Both the position numbers and the translations under genes were made by a program. Positions 33,838 to 44,052 of a DNA stretch of 64,000 nucleotides are shown piece by piece; the stretch's first letter is position 1; every line of letters starts with the position of its first letter. A model generated the notes under the pieces. The model searched no databases, was not told where the DNA came from, and saw only the letters and a program-made list of their open reading frames with translations. Source of the stretch: Candidatus Colivivens caballi (GTDB taxonomy: Bacteria > Bacteroidota > Bacteroidia > Bacteroidales > Bacteroidaceae); the NCBI GenBank assembly GCA_018065565.1, contig JAGHSZ010000015.1, forward strand, positions 1,162 through 65,161. Reading direction: 5' to 3'.

Positions 33838-34407
33838 TTATTGCTTGTCAAGAAATGCAAAGATTTCGCTGAGCATCTGCTCCTTCGAACCCTTCCATGT
33901 GAAGGTGTTGCGCATACCTTCTTTTTCGAACCATTCTGCAAGGGGTGCGGTCTGGTTGTGGTAAACTGCAAAACGCTTCTTGATGGTTTCTTCGTTGTCG
34001 TCAGCGCGTCCTTGTTCTTTTGCTCTGTTGAGCAAGCGTGCCAACAGTGTCTCTTCGTCAACCACGAGTTCAATCATGACACCCATGTCGTGCTTGCGTT
34101 CAGCAAGCATCTGCTTGAGTGCTTCTGCTTGTGCGATTGTGCGAGGGAAACCGTCAAAGATAACCCCTTTGCCAGCAGGCATTGCGTCGTATGTCTTTGC
34201 AAGGATGTTGATCATCAGTTCGTCAGGGATGAGCTGACCGTTCTGGATGTAACCATCTGCAATTTTACCAAGTTCTGTACCGTTTTTGATTTCGCCACGG
34301 AGCACATCGCCTGTTGAGATATGTCCCATGTTGTAACGACTTACGATTTCGTCGCTGTAAGTGCCTTTACCTGAACCAGGAGCACCAAAGATGATAATGT
34401 TCTTCAT
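33838..34407 (-). CDS. adk: Adenylate kinase
   Basis: P-loop IIFGAPGSGKGT, plus GDVLR and LIPDE motifs. Confidence 0.97.
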   Translation of the reverse strand: MKNIIIFGAPGSGKGTYSDEIVSRYNMGHISTGDVLRGEIKNGTELGKIADGYIQNGQLIPDELMINILAKTYDAMPAGKGVIFDGFPRTIAQAEALKQMLAERKHDMGVMIELVVDEETLLARLLNRAKEQGRADDNEETIKKRFAVYHNQTAPLAEWFEKEGMRNTFTWKGSKEQMLSEIFAFLDKQ

Positions 34408-34512
34408 TTTGTGTTGTTTTGATGATTATCTGAATATGCTTTAACTGTAATAATTCCAAACTGTTAGCTCTCCCGGGAGGGGGAACTTCTTGAAAGATGT
34501 AGTTTTTGCCCG

Positions 34513-35052
34513 TTATGGCCTAAAAACATAAATGTCGGGATAATTGCGTCCATAGCCATCATAGTCGAGTCCGTAGCCTACGATGAAATCGTTTGGAATC
34601 TGCATTGCGCAGTAGTCAACTGTCAAATCGACTTGCAACTTTTCAGGTTTCTGGAGCAGGCAGGCAATCTTGACTGATGCGGCACCTCGCTCATGGAATT
34701 TCGGCAGGATGCTTTTCAATGTTATCCCTGTGTCAACGATGTCTTCAACTATAATGACATCGCGTCCTTTTACATTTTCATTTACTCCGAGAATTTCTGT
34801 CACTTCTCCTGTGCTTTGCATGCCGTCGTATGACGAGAATTTTGCAAACTGAATTTCTGGCTGGAATGTCAGTTCCCTGACAAGGTCGGCTGCAAAAACA
34901 AACGCCCCGTTAAGGATGCATACTACGATAGGGCATTTGCCATTGTAGTCTTTGTTCAATTTCTCAGCCAATGCCTTGACACTCTCTTGAATTTTTTCTT
35001 TGGTAATTGAAATCTCGAAGTTCTTGTCTAAAATGCGTATCATGATTATCAA
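34513..35052 (-). CDS. hpt: Hypoxanthine(-guanine) phosphoribosyltransferase
   Basis: PRPP-binding motif VIIVEDIVDTGITL and C-terminal DFIVGYGLDY. Confidence 0.93.
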   Translation of the reverse strand: MIIMIRILDKNFEISITKEKIQESVKALAEKLNKDYNGKCPIVVCILNGAFVFAADLVRELTFQPEIQFAKFSSYDGMQSTGEVTEILGVNENVKGRDVIIVEDIVDTGITLKSILPKFHERGAASVKIACLLQKPEKLQVDLTVDYCAMQIPNDFIVGYGLDYDGYGRNYPDIYVFRP

Positions 35053-35071
35053 ATATGCATGAATTTGAGTG

Positions 35072-35079
35072 CAAAGGTA
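35072..35079 (-). promoter_or_regulatory. -7 promoter element (TACCTTTG) for hpt-adk-obg
   Basis: Lies 20-29 nt upstream of the candidate hpt starts. Confidence 0.5.
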
Positions 35080-35184
35080 CGAAAATATTCATAATGTGTA
35101 TTCACAATTCATAATTATTTATAAAAATGTTGATTTTTTCATAAATTCTTTCTTAACCCCATATAAACTCTCCATATTTTTTTG

Positions 35185-35192
35185 TAACTTTG
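35185..35192 (+). promoter_or_regulatory. -7 promoter element (TAACTTTG) for bamD
   Basis: Lies 24 nt upstream of the ATG at 35216. Confidence 0.55.
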
Positions 35193-35215
35193 CACCCAGT
35201 TTTGGCTTAATTTAT

Positions 35216-36043
35216 ATGAAGAAGAATATTGTTTTAATCGCATTGGGGTGCAGTTTGCTGTTGCAGATATCTTGTAACAGTTACAATACTGTGCTTAAGG
35301 CACAAGATTATGACTATAGATACGAAGCGGCAAAAGAGTATTATGCTGCTGGTCAGTATAACAGATGCTATCAGCTGCTCGAGGACATGTTGCTCTTGAT
35401 GAAGGGCACCGACCGTGGCGAAGAATGCATGATTATGCTGGCAATGTGCTATTACAACATGCGCGACTATGAAACTTCTGGTAGTTATTTTGAACGCTAT
35501 TACAAGTCGTATCCAAAAGGTGACTATGCAGAACTTGCAAGATATTATTCAGGGCGTGCGGCGTACTTGATGTCGCCAGACCCTCGACTTGACCAGACTT
35601 CAACTTACTCTGCAATAACTCGTCTCCAGGATTATTTGGAGTATTATCCTTATTCTGAACGCCGAGAGATGGTCAGTGATATGATTTACCAGTTGCAGAA
35701 CCGTCTGGTGGAAAAGGACCTTGAGAATGTCAAGTTGTACTACAATCTTGGTAATTATATCGGTAATTGCATTTATGGTGGTAGCAACTATGAGGCATGT
35801 ATCCTTTCAGCAGAAAACACATTGAAGACATACCCTTACACTACTTATCGTGAGGAACTCTACCTGTATATTCTGCGTGCTCGCTACAAACTGGCTGTAA
35901 ACAGTGTGGCAGAAAAAGCCGAAGAGCGTTATCGTCAGACGGTTGATGAGTACTATGGATTTAAGAATGAGTTTCCAGAAAGCAAACATATAAAGGAGGC
36001 TGAACAGATTTTCCGTCATTGTAGTGATGTGCTGAAACTGTAA
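35216..36043 (+). CDS. bamD: Outer membrane protein assembly factor BamD (TPR lipoprotein)
   Basis: Lipoprotein signal MKKNIVLIALGCSLLLQISC and TPR-like repeats. It is followed by rpoZ, as in other Bacteroidetes. The ATG at 35216 is preferred over the track start at 35069. Confidence 0.8.
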   Translation: MKKNIVLIALGCSLLLQISCNSYNTVLKAQDYDYRYEAAKEYYAAGQYNRCYQLLEDMLLLMKGTDRGEECMIMLAMCYYNMRDYETSGSYFERYYKSYPKGDYAELARYYSGRAAYLMSPDPRLDQTSTYSAITRLQDYLEYYPYSERREMVSDMIYQLQNRLVEKDLENVKLYYNLGNYIGNCIYGGSNYEACILSAENTLKTYPYTTYREELYLYILRARYKLAVNSVAEKAEERYRQTVDEYYGFKNEFPESKHIKEAEQIFRHCSDVLKL

Positions 36044-36117
36044 GCTATGCAATAGGAACAGTAATCATATTGTAAGTCAATTCAATAGAAACAATCAATA
36101 GTTAAACAAAAAATACA

Positions 36118-36453
36118 ATGGATTTAAAGAAAACAAATGCACCAACCACAACGGTTACTCGCAACCTTATGGATCTTTGTCAGGACACTGGTAACATCTA
36201 CGAAAGTGTGGCAATTATTGGTAAACGTGCCAATCAAATTTCAGCATCGTTGAAAGAGGAACTGAACAAGAAACTTCAAGAGTTCGGTACTGCTGCTGAG
36301 GGTATTGAGGAGGAATTCCACAATGAGGAGCAGATTACAGTTTCAAAGCATTATGAGCGTCTTCCAAAACCTTCATTGATTGCTACTCAAGAGTTCATCG
36401 AAGATAAAATATACTATCGCAATCCTTCAAAGGATTCACAGGAATTGTTTTAA
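36118..36453 (+). CDS. rpoZ: DNA-directed RNA polymerase omega subunit-like protein
   Basis: 111 aa with the core NIYESVAIIGKRANQI, in the conserved position after bamD. Confidence 0.65.
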   Translation: MDLKKTNAPTTTVTRNLMDLCQDTGNIYESVAIIGKRANQISASLKEELNKKLQEFGTAAEGIEEEFHNEEQITVSKHYERLPKPSLIATQEFIEDKIYYRNPSKDSQELF

Positions 36454-36914
36454 TGATACAGCGAATTCAGTCAGTTTACTTAGCCTTAGTAGTCATATTG
36501 TCTCTGCTAGGGCTTTGTTTGCCTATGGCACAATACTTTGATGGGGTGGACATGGTCTCATCATTTAACAACTTCCGATATGTTTCAGAGGCAAAAGGAG
36601 CAACTGCGGACTTTGGCCCATGTGCATTGGGAATACTTCAGATAATTGTCGCATTGATAACGATTGTGGCTATTCTCTTGTTCCATTTTCGTATGCGTCA
36701 GTTGCGTCTGATCATATTCAGTACAATACTGCTTGTGGGCGTGGTTGGCTACTATGCATTGCTGGCATGGAAATTTCAGCAGATGACAGATGCTACATTC
36801 CATCTTTGCACTGCTGCCATATTTCCTGTGCTCAACATCATTTTGAACTGTATGGCGATTCATGGCATCCGTAAGGATGAAGCGCTTGTGCGCTCACTTG
36901 ATAGACTTCGTTAA
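36453..36914 (+). CDS. DUF4293-like small membrane protein
   Basis: MIQRIQSVYLALVV start and 4 TM segments. It overlaps the rpoZ stop. Confidence 0.6.
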   Translation: MIQRIQSVYLALVVILSLLGLCLPMAQYFDGVDMVSSFNNFRYVSEAKGATADFGPCALGILQIIVALITIVAILLFHFRMRQLRLIIFSTILLVGVVGYYALLAWKFQQMTDATFHLCTAAIFPVLNIILNCMAIHGIRKDEALVRSLDRLR

Positions 36915-36938
36915 CAACATATTATTAAAATTTCGATT

Positions 36939-37451
36939 ATGGATTTTAAGGACATAGTACAGCGCCGTCGCAGCATTCGCCAGTTTACTGATGAACCTGT
37001 GACTGACGACCAACTGAAAACCATACTTCGTGCTGCTTTGATGGCTCCCACTGGGCACAGCAAAAGGGCATGGCAATTTTTTGTTGTGAAAGATAAGGAA
37101 CAACTGGGCATACTCTCACAATGCAAAGAAGCAGGAGGTGAATTCCTTTCAAAAGCAGCCGTTGCTGTTGTTGTCGCTTATGATGCAGAGGCTTCTGATG
37201 TGTGGATTGAAGATGCAGCCATTGCTGCTGTAACAATGCAGTATCAGGCAACAGAACTTGGATTGGGCAGTTGCTGGAGCCAGATTCGCTGCCGCAAGGA
37301 TAATCAGGGAGTTGATGCTACTGAGAACATCCGTAAACAACTTGGACTGGAACCTCAGCTTCAGGTCTTGTGCATCATTGGCTTCGGACATCCTGCAATT
37401 GAACGGAAACTGCAAGATGAGAGCCGTCTGTCTTGGAATGCAGTAAGATAA
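36939..37451 (+). CDS. Nitroreductase-family flavoprotein
   Basis: RRSIRQFTDEPVTDDQLKTILRAALMAPTGHSKRAWQF. Confidence 0.85.
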   Translation: MDFKDIVQRRRSIRQFTDEPVTDDQLKTILRAALMAPTGHSKRAWQFFVVKDKEQLGILSQCKEAGGEFLSKAAVAVVVAYDAEASDVWIEDAAIAAVTMQYQATELGLGSCWSQIRCRKDNQGVDATENIRKQLGLEPQLQVLCIIGFGHPAIERKLQDESRLSWNAVR

Positions 37452-37460
37452 TTATACAAG

Positions 37461-38225
37461 ATGAACATAGTAATGATTGGTGCAGGAAACTTGGCTACAA
37501 ATCTGGCCAATGCACTGCATCATGCTGGACATACAATTGAGCAGGTGTACAGCCGAACAGAAGAGTCGGCTTGTATGCTTGCTCAATGTTTTAATTGTGC
37601 CTACACTAATAATATAAAAGGTGTGGTCATGTCGTCCGACTTGTATATATGCAGCCTGGCAGACAGCGCCCTTGAACAGGTCGCCAACCAACTTCAAGAA
37701 GACCGGCCTGGCCAGTTGTTTGTTCATACGGCTGGCAGCATGTCAATTGATACCCTGAAATCAGCGCGCCGTGGGGTTTTCTACCCGATGCAGACATTCA
37801 GTAAATTCCGTTTGGTTGAATTTACTGATATCCCTATCTTTATTGAGGCGTCAGAAAGTGCTGATATCAACATGCTGCATCAACTTGCATCGCAGTTGAG
37901 CCACAATGTATATGAACTATCTTCTGAAGACCGTCAGTACCTTCACCTTGCAGCTGTATTTGCATGCAATTTCAGCAATCATTGCTATCGCTTGAGCGAA
38001 AAACTCCTTCAGAAGCATGGCATACCATTCAATGTGATGCTGCCCCTTATTGATGAGGCATCAAAAAAAGTTCATTTGGTCAGTCCAAAAGATGCTCAGA
38101 CAGGACCCGCAAAACGCAATGATATGAATGTCATTGCAAAACACATAGATATGTTATCGGATGAACCCGAATTTCAACAGATGTACGAACTAATAACAAA
38201 GAGTATAATAGATGATCAATTATGA
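37461..38225 (+). CDS. Rossmann-like / DUF2520 domain protein (putative NADP oxidoreductase)
   Basis: [27 protein letters not shown]-terminus and a DUF2520-like C-terminal half. Confidence 0.75.
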   Translation: MNIVMIGAGNLATNLANALHHAGHTIEQVYSRTEESACMLAQCFNCAYTNNIKGVVMSSDLYICSLADSALEQVANQLQEDRPGQLFVHTAGSMSIDTLKSARRGVFYPMQTFSKFRLVEFTDIPIFIEASESADINMLHQLASQLSHNVYELSSEDRQYLHLAAVFACNFSNHCYRLSEKLLQKHGIPFNVMLPLIDEASKKVHLVSPKDAQTGPAKRNDMNVIAKHIDMLSDEPEFQQMYELITKSIIDDQL

Positions 38226-38730
38226 TTTAACAAAAATTCGTGCCATATTCCTTGATGTTGATGGTGTACTTAGTCGGCAGACTATTACTATGCATCCATC
38301 GGGTGAACCTATGCGCACTGTGAACATCAAGGATGGCTATGCGATGCAGCACGCCGTTAAGGTAGGACTGTTGCTTGCCATCATTACTGGTGGAAGAACG
38401 CTGGCAGCAGAGAAACGATATTCTGGACTCGGTTTGACTGAAATTCATCAGGGCGCATCTGTTAAAATTGATGTATATGAGCAGTTGCTCAAAAAATATG
38501 GTCTGAAGGACAGTGAAGTGATGTACATGGGTGATGACATTCCTGACTATGACCTAATGCAACGATGCGGATGTCCTGTGTGTCCAAACGATGCTTGCCC
38601 AGAAATAAAGGAAGTATCAGTATATATCTCGCCACGAAATGGAGGCGAGGGTTGTGTTCGTGATGTGGTAGAACAAGTGCTGAAATCTCAAAATAAATGG
38701 ATGAATAATGATGAAGCTTTTGGATGGTAA
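38212..38730 (+). CDS. kdsC: KDO-8-phosphate phosphatase (HAD-IIIA)
   Basis: [10 protein letters not shown] motif [21 protein letters not shown], and YMGDDIPD. Confidence 0.85.
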   Translation: MINYDLTKIRAIFLDVDGVLSRQTITMHPSGEPMRTVNIKDGYAMQHAVKVGLLLAIITGGRTLAAEKRYSGLGLTEIHQGASVKIDVYEQLLKKYGLKDSEVMYMGDDIPDYDLMQRCGCPVCPNDACPEIKEVSVYISPRNGGEGCVRDVVEQVLKSQNKWMNNDEAFGW

Positions 38731-39289
38731 ACGGTTAATACTTGCCAGTAATTCGCCGCGAAGAAAAGAGTTGTTAGGCGGTCTTGATGTAGATTTTGAT
38801 GTCCGCGTTCTGAATGGTATTGACGAATCTTTTCCTGAAACTCTGGCAGGGGAAGACATCCCCAAATACATTTCGCAGCAGAAGGCCAAAGCGTATATGC
38901 CTTCCCTCGCTGCTGACGAGGTGCTTGTGACGAGTGACACCATCGTGTATTTGGATAGAGAGGTGCTTGGCAAACCCAAAGATGCAGACGATGCTCGCCG
39001 CATGTTGCGTCTCATTTCTGGCAGAAGCCACGATGTCATTACAGGAGTAACAATTGTTTCAGGCATTAAGATTAACTCTTTCTCTGTTACAACCAAAGTA
39101 ACATTTAAGCAGTTATCAGATGATGAGATTGATTATTACATCGAAAATTACCGTCCGTTTGACAAGGCCGGTGCCTATGGCATCCAAGAATGGATTGGAT
39201 ATATTGGAGTCACATCAATAGAGGGCAGTTACTTCAATGTCATGGGATTACCTGTACAGCGCCTTTATCAAGAACTGGTAAAGATGTGA
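38708..39289 (+). CDS. maf: Maf-like nucleoside triphosphate pyrophosphatase
   Basis: [18 protein letters not shown], and AGAYGIQE. Confidence 0.9.
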   Translation: MMKLLDGKRLILASNSPRRKELLGGLDVDFDVRVLNGIDESFPETLAGEDIPKYISQQKAKAYMPSLAADEVLVTSDTIVYLDREVLGKPKDADDARRMLRLISGRSHDVITGVTIVSGIKINSFSVTTKVTFKQLSDDEIDYYIENYRPFDKAGAYGIQEWIGYIGVTSIEGSYFNVMGLPVQRLYQELVKM

Positions 39290-39342
39290 ATTTTGTTTGA
39301 TTATTAGTATATTAGATTAATCCTTTATACAATGTTTTTATT

Positions 39343-41916
39343 ATGAAAAAATTACTAACTATTTCACTAATTATTACAGCCTCGATTACTTCTTGTGCAC
39401 AGACATTGATGCCGTTTCAGAACACAAATCTAACGCCAGAACAGCGTGCTGACGATTTGCTGGGTCGATTAACTCTGAAAGAGAAAGTTGATTTGATGAT
39501 GGACACATCTCCTGCGATTCCTCGATTGGGTATTCCACAGTTCCAATGGTGGAATGAGGCCCTGCATGGAGTTGCTAGAAACGGTAAGGCTACAGTTTTT
39601 CCGAATACCACATCGATGGCTGCATCATGGGATGACGATTTGTTACTGAAAGTATATACTGCGGTAAGTGACGAAGCGCGTGCGAAGGCTCAGATTGCAA
39701 AGAAAACTGATAACATCCGACGCTATCAGAGCCTTTCGTTCTGGACTCCAAACATCAATATCTTCCGCGATCCGCGTTGGGGGCGTGGTCAGGAGACCTA
39801 TGGCGAAGATCCTTATCTGACTGCACGAATGGGAATTGCCGTAGTTCGTGGATTGCAAGGACCAGATGACGCTAAGTATCGTAAAACATTAGCTTGTGCG
39901 AAGCATTTTGCTGTTCATTCAGGCCCAGAGTGGAACCGTCACAGTTTTAATGTGGAGAATTTGCCTGCTCGTGACTTGTGGGAAACCTATCTGCCTGCAT
40001 TCAAGGCTCTTGTGCAAGACGCAAATGTTGAAGAAGTGATGTGTGCATACCAGAGTATAGATGGTGATCCTTGCTGTGGAAACAATCGTATCCTTCGTCA
40101 GATTCTTCGTGACGACTGGGGGTTCAATGGGTTGGTCACCAGTGACTGTTGGGCATTGAGCGATTTCTTTAGTCCAAATGGTCATCATGTAGTCGATACA
40201 GAACATGAGGCCTCTGCGATGGCTCTTCGTGCCGGAACTGATTTGGAATGTGGACAGAGTTATGCATCGTTGACTGAAGCTGTTGAGAAGGGGGAAGTGA
40301 CAGAGGCCGAAATTGATGAAAGTCTGAGGCGTTTGCTCATTGCCCGTTTCAAACTTGGAGATTTTGATCCTGATGAAATGGTGGAATGGACAAAGATTCC
40401 TGAGTCGGTCATTTCATCAGAAGCACATAGTCAGTTGGCACTCCAGATGGCTCGTGAAGGTGTTGTTTTGTTACAGAATCGTAATGACATATTGCCTCTC
40501 AACAAGTCTGGACAAAAAATATTGGTTATTGGCCAGAATGCAAATGATTCGACTATGCAATGGGGCAACTACAATGGAACTCCAGCACATACGGAAACCA
40601 TTTTGAATGGTATGAAATCAAAGTCTGGTCAAATCACATACATGCCAGGATTGGGATTGACATCAAATACTATGACATCAAGTCTTTTTAATCGCATCAT
40701 TTCACCTGATGGCAGAGCTGGACTTCGGGCAACCTTTTATAATAATGAAGATTTGAGTGGTGCATCTGTCTCTACACAATACTATTCCACTGCTGTCCGT
40801 TTGTCAAATGGTGGTGCCACGGTATTTGCGCCAGGAGTCAATCTGGAACATTTCTCCGCTACATTTGAAGGAACTGTTACAAGTGAGCAGGATGGTACTG
40901 TTACTTTTAATGTGAACGTAGATGAAGCTGTCAGACTGATTGTTGATGGTGATACCGTTCTAAATGTATGGAACCAACCTGCTACAAATCGTGGCATTCG
41001 CCGCCGAGTTCCAGTTCAGACGACTGCTGGTAAGGCTGCCGCATTCAAAATGGATTATCGCCAGGGTACTGGCAATGCAATGTGCTCACTCGACATAAAT
41101 GCTCCGATAAATATTTCTGTTGACGATGTTATGCGTAAAGCGGCAGATGCTGATGTGGTTGTATATGTCGGTGGTATTTCTCCAAGATTGGAAGGCGAGG
41201 AAATGCGTGTGGAGATTGATGGTTTCAAAGGTGGTGACAGAACTCATATTGAATTACCGCAGTCACAGCGTGATATGCTGAATGCAATTCATAAATTAGG
41301 CAAACCTGTGGTTTTTGTAAACTGTTCGGGTGGTGCAATGGGACTTGTCCCTGAAACAGAGAGTTGTGACGCCATTGTACAGGCATGGTACGGAGGAGAA
41401 CAGGGCGGGGCTGCACTTGCTGATGTATTGTTTGGAGATGTCAATCCTTCTGGCCACTTGCCATTAACATTCTATCGTAATGTTGAACAACTTCCAGACT
41501 TCTTGGATTATACAATGAAGGGACGTACATATCGTTATATGACAGAAAAACCTTTGTTCCCATTTGGATTTGGACTGAGTTACACCACTTTCGACATTTC
41601 CAATGTTAAGTATAAAAAAGGCAATGTGATTTGTCGTGTCACAAATACTGGAAAGGTTGCTGGTGATGAAGTCGTACAGGTTTATCTTCACAGACAGGGC
41701 GATGCTGATGGCCCGGTAAAGACACTGCGTGCATTTACCCGTGTGCCTGATTTGCAGCCTGGAGAATCACGCAAGGTAATTATTCCTCTCTCATCTTCTG
41801 CATTTGAATGGTGGGATGACAATACAAACACAGTTCATTACTTGCCTGGCAAGTATGATTTGATGGTTGGGGACAGTAGCGATGCTGAAACTGTAAAAGT
41901 GATTAAGGCAAAATGA
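39343..41916 (+). CDS. Glycoside hydrolase family 3 (beta-glucosidase/xylosidase) with an inserted PA14-like domain
   Basis: Signal peptide, GH3 segments (WNEALHGV, NIFRDPRWGRGQETYGEDP, VTSDCWAL), a PA14-like insert (ATFYNNEDLSG...) and a C-terminal FnIII-like domain. Confidence 0.92.
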   Translation: MKKLLTISLIITASITSCAQTLMPFQNTNLTPEQRADDLLGRLTLKEKVDLMMDTSPAIPRLGIPQFQWWNEALHGVARNGKATVFPNTTSMAASWDDDLLLKVYTAVSDEARAKAQIAKKTDNIRRYQSLSFWTPNINIFRDPRWGRGQETYGEDPYLTARMGIAVVRGLQGPDDAKYRKTLACAKHFAVHSGPEWNRHSFNVENLPARDLWETYLPAFKALVQDANVEEVMCAYQSIDGDPCCGNNRILRQILRDDWGFNGLVTSDCWALSDFFSPNGHHVVDTEHEASAMALRAGTDLECGQSYASLTEAVEKGEVTEAEIDESLRRLLIARFKLGDFDPDEMVEWTKIPESVISSEAHSQLALQMAREGVVLLQNRNDILPLNKSGQKILVIGQNANDSTMQWGNYNGTPAHTETILNGMKSKSGQITYMPGLGLTSNTMTSSLFNRIISPDGRAGLRATFYNNEDLSGASVSTQYYSTAVRLSNGGATVFAPGVNLEHFSATFEGTVTSEQDGTVTFNVNVDEAVRLIVDGDTVLNVWNQPATNRGIRRRVPVQTTAGKAAAFKMDYRQGTGNAMCSLDINAPINISVDDVMRKAADADVVVYVGGISPRLEGEEMRVEIDGFKGGDRTHIELPQSQRDMLNAIHKLGKPVVFVNCSGGAMGLVPETESCDAIVQAWYGGEQGGAALADVLFGDVNPSGHLPLTFYRNVEQLPDFLDYTMKGRTYRYMTEKPLFPFGFGLSYTTFDISNVKYKKGNVICRVTNTGKVAGDEVVQVYLHRQGDADGPVKTLRAFTRVPDLQPGESRKVIIPLSSSAFEWWDDNTNTVHYLPGKYDLMVGDSSDAETVKVIKAK

Positions 41917-42061
41917 ATGGGACTTGTGTATATAGGTCTTCTCAATGGCCTATTTACCTAAAAATAAGTCAAATACATAAGGTTGATTGAACTATACTAC
42001 ACAGCATCAATGGTGTAATATTCTTTCCAGATAGTGTGTGGCAGTTCACATGTAAGAGGGT

Positions 42062-42094
42062 AGTGTCGGATAAGTTTTCCATTATCCGACACTT
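42062..42094. terminator. Perfect 12-bp-stem hairpin between convergent genes (possible bidirectional terminator)
   Basis: AGTGTCGGATAA (42062-42073) pairs with TTATCCGACACT (42083-42094). There is no clear T-run. Confidence 0.4.
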
Positions 42095-42235
42095 CTGCTA
42101 CATGCAGATGAAAGGTTTCACCGTTGATTACCATGGTGTGTGCTGCTATGCGCATATTCCTGCTTTACTTGAAAAAGGCTGAGTGGATTGAGGAGATCAC
42201 TTTTGTTGTAATATTGTTGTAACAAATCAGCCTGC

Positions 42236-43240
42236 TTATTTTGCTCGCTTGATTTTTCTGCGTGGTCCAATTGAATTTGGTGTCCTGCGGTCAGGTGCAG
42301 TTTTGATATTCGCTGATTTATTTGATGAAGAACTGCTTTGGTGCAGTTGTTCAGGAGTGAGATGCTCTCTGTGCTGTCGTGGCTGAGGTTGCACATCTTT
42401 CTTTACAGAATCAATTGCAGAACTATCAGCTGACAACGAGTCTGCTGTTATGGAGTCAGGAGCAGCTGTTGTTGATTCTTCTTTTTTCTGTGTATGTATG
42501 CGTATGAGTTTTATGCCACTGATAACAGCGAGGCTTCGTGTATGGCTGGTACTGTTGCTATAGAAAAATCCACTGACTTGCTTGATGTTTCGTGATGGGT
42601 CTGCCGTTATTTGTAGTTGCTGGGTACCAGGACCGTATATTGTTCGGGTATCAGCAATGGTCTTTCCGTCTTCATATCGAAGACTGATGCAGAGAATGAC
42701 ATTCGCTTCTCTGTCTTCGTCGTTTTCGCGGATGAAGTCGGCATTGGCCATCATCATTAAGCGGTCGCCGTGATAGAATGAGGTATCAGCCTTGATTGTG
42801 AATGTATGCTTGTTTTGTAATTCGTTTGACCGTAGGATAACTAATGGTGAACCTCCCCATATGTCGGTCGTATCAAGACTTCCGTTGAGTGCAGCAGTCA
42901 TTTCGTTGCTTCCGCTTTGAAGTCGTATTGACTTTTCTTGTTCTTCGAGCCGTTCCTTTAGATGACTGTAGATGTCCATAAGGTCCTTGTGTCTTGTGTT
43001 GTAGTACACAAGTGATGAGTCAAATTCCTCCTCTGTGATTCCATGCTTGTTGAATACAGATTCAATAAGGTGACTGTTTTCCGGTGAATTAAGATTCATC
43101 ATACCCTGTGCCAAATGGTAGTCGTAGAGAACATCCTCCATTTTCCCTTTGGACAGAATGTGGACTTCATCGTTGCCACATGCGGTAAAACATGGGGCAA
43201 CACAAATTATTGTCAGTATGTAAATCAGCAGATGCTTCAT
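42236..43240 (-). CDS. DUF4296-like lipoprotein with a low-complexity basic C-terminus
   Basis: Lipobox FTAC and KGKMEDVLYDYHLAQGM (DUF4296-like). It is adjacent to lspA, as in other Bacteroidales. Confidence 0.55.
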   Translation of the reverse strand: MKHLLIYILTIICVAPCFTACGNDEVHILSKGKMEDVLYDYHLAQGMMNLNSPENSHLIESVFNKHGITEEEFDSSLVYYNTRHKDLMDIYSHLKERLEEQEKSIRLQSGSNEMTAALNGSLDTTDIWGGSPLVILRSNELQNKHTFTIKADTSFYHGDRLMMMANADFIRENDEDREANVILCISLRYEDGKTIADTRTIYGPGTQQLQITADPSRNIKQVSGFFYSNSTSHTRSLAVISGIKLIRIHTQKKEESTTAAPDSITADSLSADSSAIDSVKKDVQPQPRQHREHLTPEQLHQSSSSSNKSANIKTAPDRRTPNSIGPRRKIKRAK

Positions 43241-43355
43241 TATTAGACAGTAGATTTAGTTCTTCTGAGTGAACGAAATGATGCTTAAATACTTTGTACT
43301 ATTCTTGAACAATTTGTTGTGTTGCTCTTGAATAATAACTTGGACAGTTCTTCGA

Positions 43356-43994
43356 TTATTTCTTGAGTGCAATTGAAAGTTCCTTATGGTAGAACAGGAT
43401 GAGTGCCACAACTCCTACGCTGATGCATGCGTCTGCAAAGTTAAACACAGGTGAGAAGAACACACAATGTTCGTAGGCGTTTGGCAGAAGTGGAACATCA
43501 TAGAGCCATGCCCATCCTGGCATGTCCCATTCTATTAGTGGAAAATAAAACATATCAACTACCCGCCCTTGTAAAAATTCTCCATATCCTTGTCCCCAAC
43601 TGACTTGCTGCGCAATGTCAATAGCCGTTGACTGGGTGAAAATCTTTCCATAGAACAGGCAGTCAATGATATTTCCAACTGCTCCTGCCATGATCAGCGA
43701 CAGGCAGATGATGTAACCCATTGAGGCCAATTGCTTTATTTGGCGTATGATAAACCAGCCAATAACTGAAACTGCAACTATGCGGAACAGTGTAAGAAAA
43801 ATCTTTCCTCCAAGTTGACAACCAAAGGCGAAGCCATTGTTCTCAACAAATGCAATTTTGAACCAGCTTGTGATGTCAATATGCTCACCCAATGTCATGT
43901 TTGTCTTTACCCAGTATTTGATTATCTGGTCAATGGCAACAACTGCTATGAGGATTGATGATGCTGTGATGTATTTCTTAGTAGTTGAACTCAT
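43356..43994 (-). CDS. lspA: Lipoprotein signal peptidase II
   Basis: DQIIKYWV, FVENNGFAFG, NIIDCLFYG and FNFADACIS motifs. The ATG at 43994 is preferred over the track start at 44036. Confidence 0.9.
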   Translation of the reverse strand: MSSTTKKYITASSILIAVVAIDQIIKYWVKTNMTLGEHIDITSWFKIAFVENNGFAFGCQLGGKIFLTLFRIVAVSVIGWFIIRQIKQLASMGYIICLSLIMAGAVGNIIDCLFYGKIFTQSTAIDIAQQVSWGQGYGEFLQGRVVDMFYFPLIEWDMPGWAWLYDVPLLPNAYEHCVFFSPVFNFADACISVGVVALILFYHKELSIALKK

Positions 43995-44052
43995 GTTGTG
44001 AGGTGAAGGTAGTGAGGGATATTGCCTATCCCTCACAATCCTTTAATTGTTA

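Noticed and set aside
35069-35215. N-terminal extensions of longest-ORF predictions: bamD 35069, GT2 7987, DUF3237 21521, DASS 23956, lspA 44036, MltF-like 51808 and SGNH 52929
   Set aside because: The extensions run through promoter elements or upstream genes and precede obvious signal peptides or lipoboxes, or (for GT2) the conserved N-terminal motif. The internal ATG next to the signal sequence or conserved N-terminal motif was preferred.
41997-42155. 52-aa minus-strand ORF (MRIAAHTMVINGETFHLHVAEVSDNGKLIRHYPLTCELPHTIWKEYYTIDAV) between GH3 and the DUF4296 gene
   Set aside because: It is centred on the perfect 12-bp-stem hairpin (42062-42094), which is better explained as a terminator between convergent genes. 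I found no promoter motif and recognised no family. It is kept only as a remote possibility.
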